From: Raillietiella orientalis
Taxonomy: Eukaryota
Direction: 5' to 3'
DNA length: 64,000 nt
NCBI GenBank assembly: GCA_036172245.1
Contig: JAYWIR010000008.1
Span: forward strand, 2,232,001-2,296,000
The first letter of the stretch is position 1, and each line of letters opens with the position of its first letter. The translations under genes and the position numbers were made by a program. A model generated the notes under the pieces. It made no database searches, was not told where the DNA came from, and saw only the letters and a program-made list of their open reading frames with translations. Below are positions 62,033-64,000 of the stretch, piece by piece.

Positions 62033-62754
62033 AAGCCTACCTCAAGAGCTTATCAGTGAGATAGCTAGCATATACAGTCTCTTCTAGAAAGAAAGGAACG
62101 AATAATACCAAGGACCCCTATCCCTATCCCTACCCACTCGCCTTTTTTCATTCATTCATTGTCTCCCCTCCCTCCGTTCCGAACTTCCCTAAAACCCGGC
62201 CTGCGTGCCAGCGGTCATTCCCAATGAACTTCTAGATTTTTTTTTTTGGAGGGAAGGAGGTGGGGAAAAGACAGCTCTTGTAGCCAGAGGATGCCACCCC
62301 CTCGGACTTATGGCTTAGTTTTTTAAGTAAAGGTCCCGGCATCACCGGAGGGGTTTAGCCATTGAATGTACTTTATAATTTTTTCATCTCTGGAATCCCC
62401 TACAGATGCGTCATGTGCTGAAAAGCTCTGTTATAAGACTTTTTGGAACAAGAGAACCACATCACCAAATCTTTAGTTGGTTTTGTCTTTGATTCGATGT
62501 GTACTCTAAATCATGTGCATAGTCATCCCGACAGCACCTGTGCTTGATGTATTCTTTCTGTATCAGAAAGAGTAACCGAGTGTCCCGTCGAGGGTACGGA
62601 CGATTCTATTTTGAGAAAGAGTCTCTATAAAAAGGAAAACATGCCGGCCGAATGGCATGACCTATCCTTTTATGCAGAAGGGTGTACGCCCAAAGAACGT
62701 GAGGATGGATGCGGACTCCTGCCTGGAAGAGCGACCCCGCCGCAATCTGACTAG

Positions 62755-63385
62755 ATTTTCACCCGGACATGCCGAGTATTTATTATAAAAAATAATAAAT
62801 TTACATTCTAGGTAGAACACTTGGTTCTACCACGCACAAAAAACAAATGAAACTCTTTCCCACTTACCACTAGAGATCCGATGGGGGGACATAGGGGATG
62901 GGGAGAAACAGAACGAAAATAGAATCAACAAAGTTATAAAAAAGAGTCTGTTGGGGAGAGGGAGGCTGGGAAGGAATCAGTGTCCCGAGACGTCCCGTTC
63001 ATCCTCTAAAGGATGCTTGCAAGTTGGCGTTTGTCTTTTCCCAGATGGGGCCATCTCGCGGCGATCCTCAGAAAGAGTTCCTACCAATAAATGATTCCTC
63101 TGCTGTGTTGGCCTCTTTTCGTGGCGTTCCATGCTGCCACTATGCCTCGTGTGCAGAATACGGTTGCTACGCACGCGAATCGTTGCCGTGCTTGACTCAC
63201 GAAGAGGCCCTTGGCAACGTCTCTCGAATTGCTCCCGGAGATCCAGAGGACCATCGCAAAACGTCCCCAGAGTGACCGGAGGGCCAACAGTCAGGGAGCA
63301 GGTGCGGGAGGGTCTCCCGTTCCGCGCACCTGTCGCACCCCGCACACACACACACTCCCCAAGGTCCAGTGGTGGAGGCGCGCTT
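62755..63385 (-). mobile_element. Family T LINE 3' end
   Basis: AGCDRCAERETLPHLLPDC, TRGIVAAWNA, end AATAAATACTCGGCATGTCCGGGTGAAAA. Confidence 0.72.
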
Positions 63386-64000
63386 TAGAGAGAAGATAAG
63401 CAAAATGCGGTTTGCTTCCCATTTGCGATCTGCTACTGACAGTTAGAAAAAAGACCACCTGTCTAATGATTTCTCCAGGAAGTCTCCCCTTAAGAAGAAC
63501 GAGTCATTTGTGGATGCTCGGAAAAACAGCAAATTGCATACATGATTCTTGAGCCTCTTCGTGACATTTGAGAGGTTAACTGAACCTTGCACTCTTCATA
63601 TTATCTGGGTCTTTGTCCCTTCTGTTCTTGGTGAGGAGCAGCAGAAGAAAAAAAGCGTGCAAATTCTTAACACCAAATTCGATTATTCCATCACTTGGAA
63701 AATGCAGTTCAGGCAAATAAAAGACATCGGATTGTTCCGCACCAAGACGTAGAGGACTCTTATATTCCAGTGCCTTCGGTAACTAAGCATTCCATTCCAT
63801 TGCTTTTTGAAGCAGCCTCTTCGAACTGGTTCTTGGCGCGTAAGTGGGAACTAATTTTTACGAGAGTGCAGGGCACCTTTTAACAAACTCTTCCACACAC
63901 TCTTCTGCATTCCTTTTTTTTTTCTCGAAGCCTATCTTTCTCTCAGTCAGACTGAGGACTCATCGTACCAATCAATTTGAACAAAGGTTCGTCCCCTCTC

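Noticed and set aside
62750..62785. Hairpin followed by CTAG resembling a Helitron 3' terminus (CCGG..CCGGG motif at the ends of family T copies)
   Set aside because: Homologous ends are flanked by 9-16-bp TSDs, follow LINE ORF2 C-termini, and mostly lack CTRR. Helitrons do not make TSDs.

Overview
Eukaryotic (invertebrate-like) genomic DNA with two very different compartments. (1) ~1-36 kb and ~57-64 kb are GC/CpG-rich and filled with nested, degenerate Tx1/L1-clade non-LTR retrotransposon fragments (zinc-knuckle ORF1, APE, RT, thumb and C-terminal CCHC remnants) and five copies of a ~0.6-0.85 kb tRNA-derived SINE. The 5' exons of an SLC5-family sodium/solute symporter gene lie at 1-2635 (minus). 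(2) ~36.5-51.6 kb is AT-rich and holds two convergent intact genes: RBM48 (plus, 7 exons, 265 aa) and GMP synthase (minus, 12 exons, 684 aa). Three observations stand out. Two independent LINE insertions sit antisense at the same nucleotide of two SINE copies, each with its own ~13-bp target-site duplication, suggesting a LINE that targets a SINE. That LINE family ends in a three-hairpin 3' module with compensatory base changes and almost no poly(A). An AT-rich, intronless, frameshifted KAP-family NTPase fragment at ~15.9-16.5 kb looks bacterial and may be an endosymbiont-derived insertion. All assignments are by eye and none was checked against a database.
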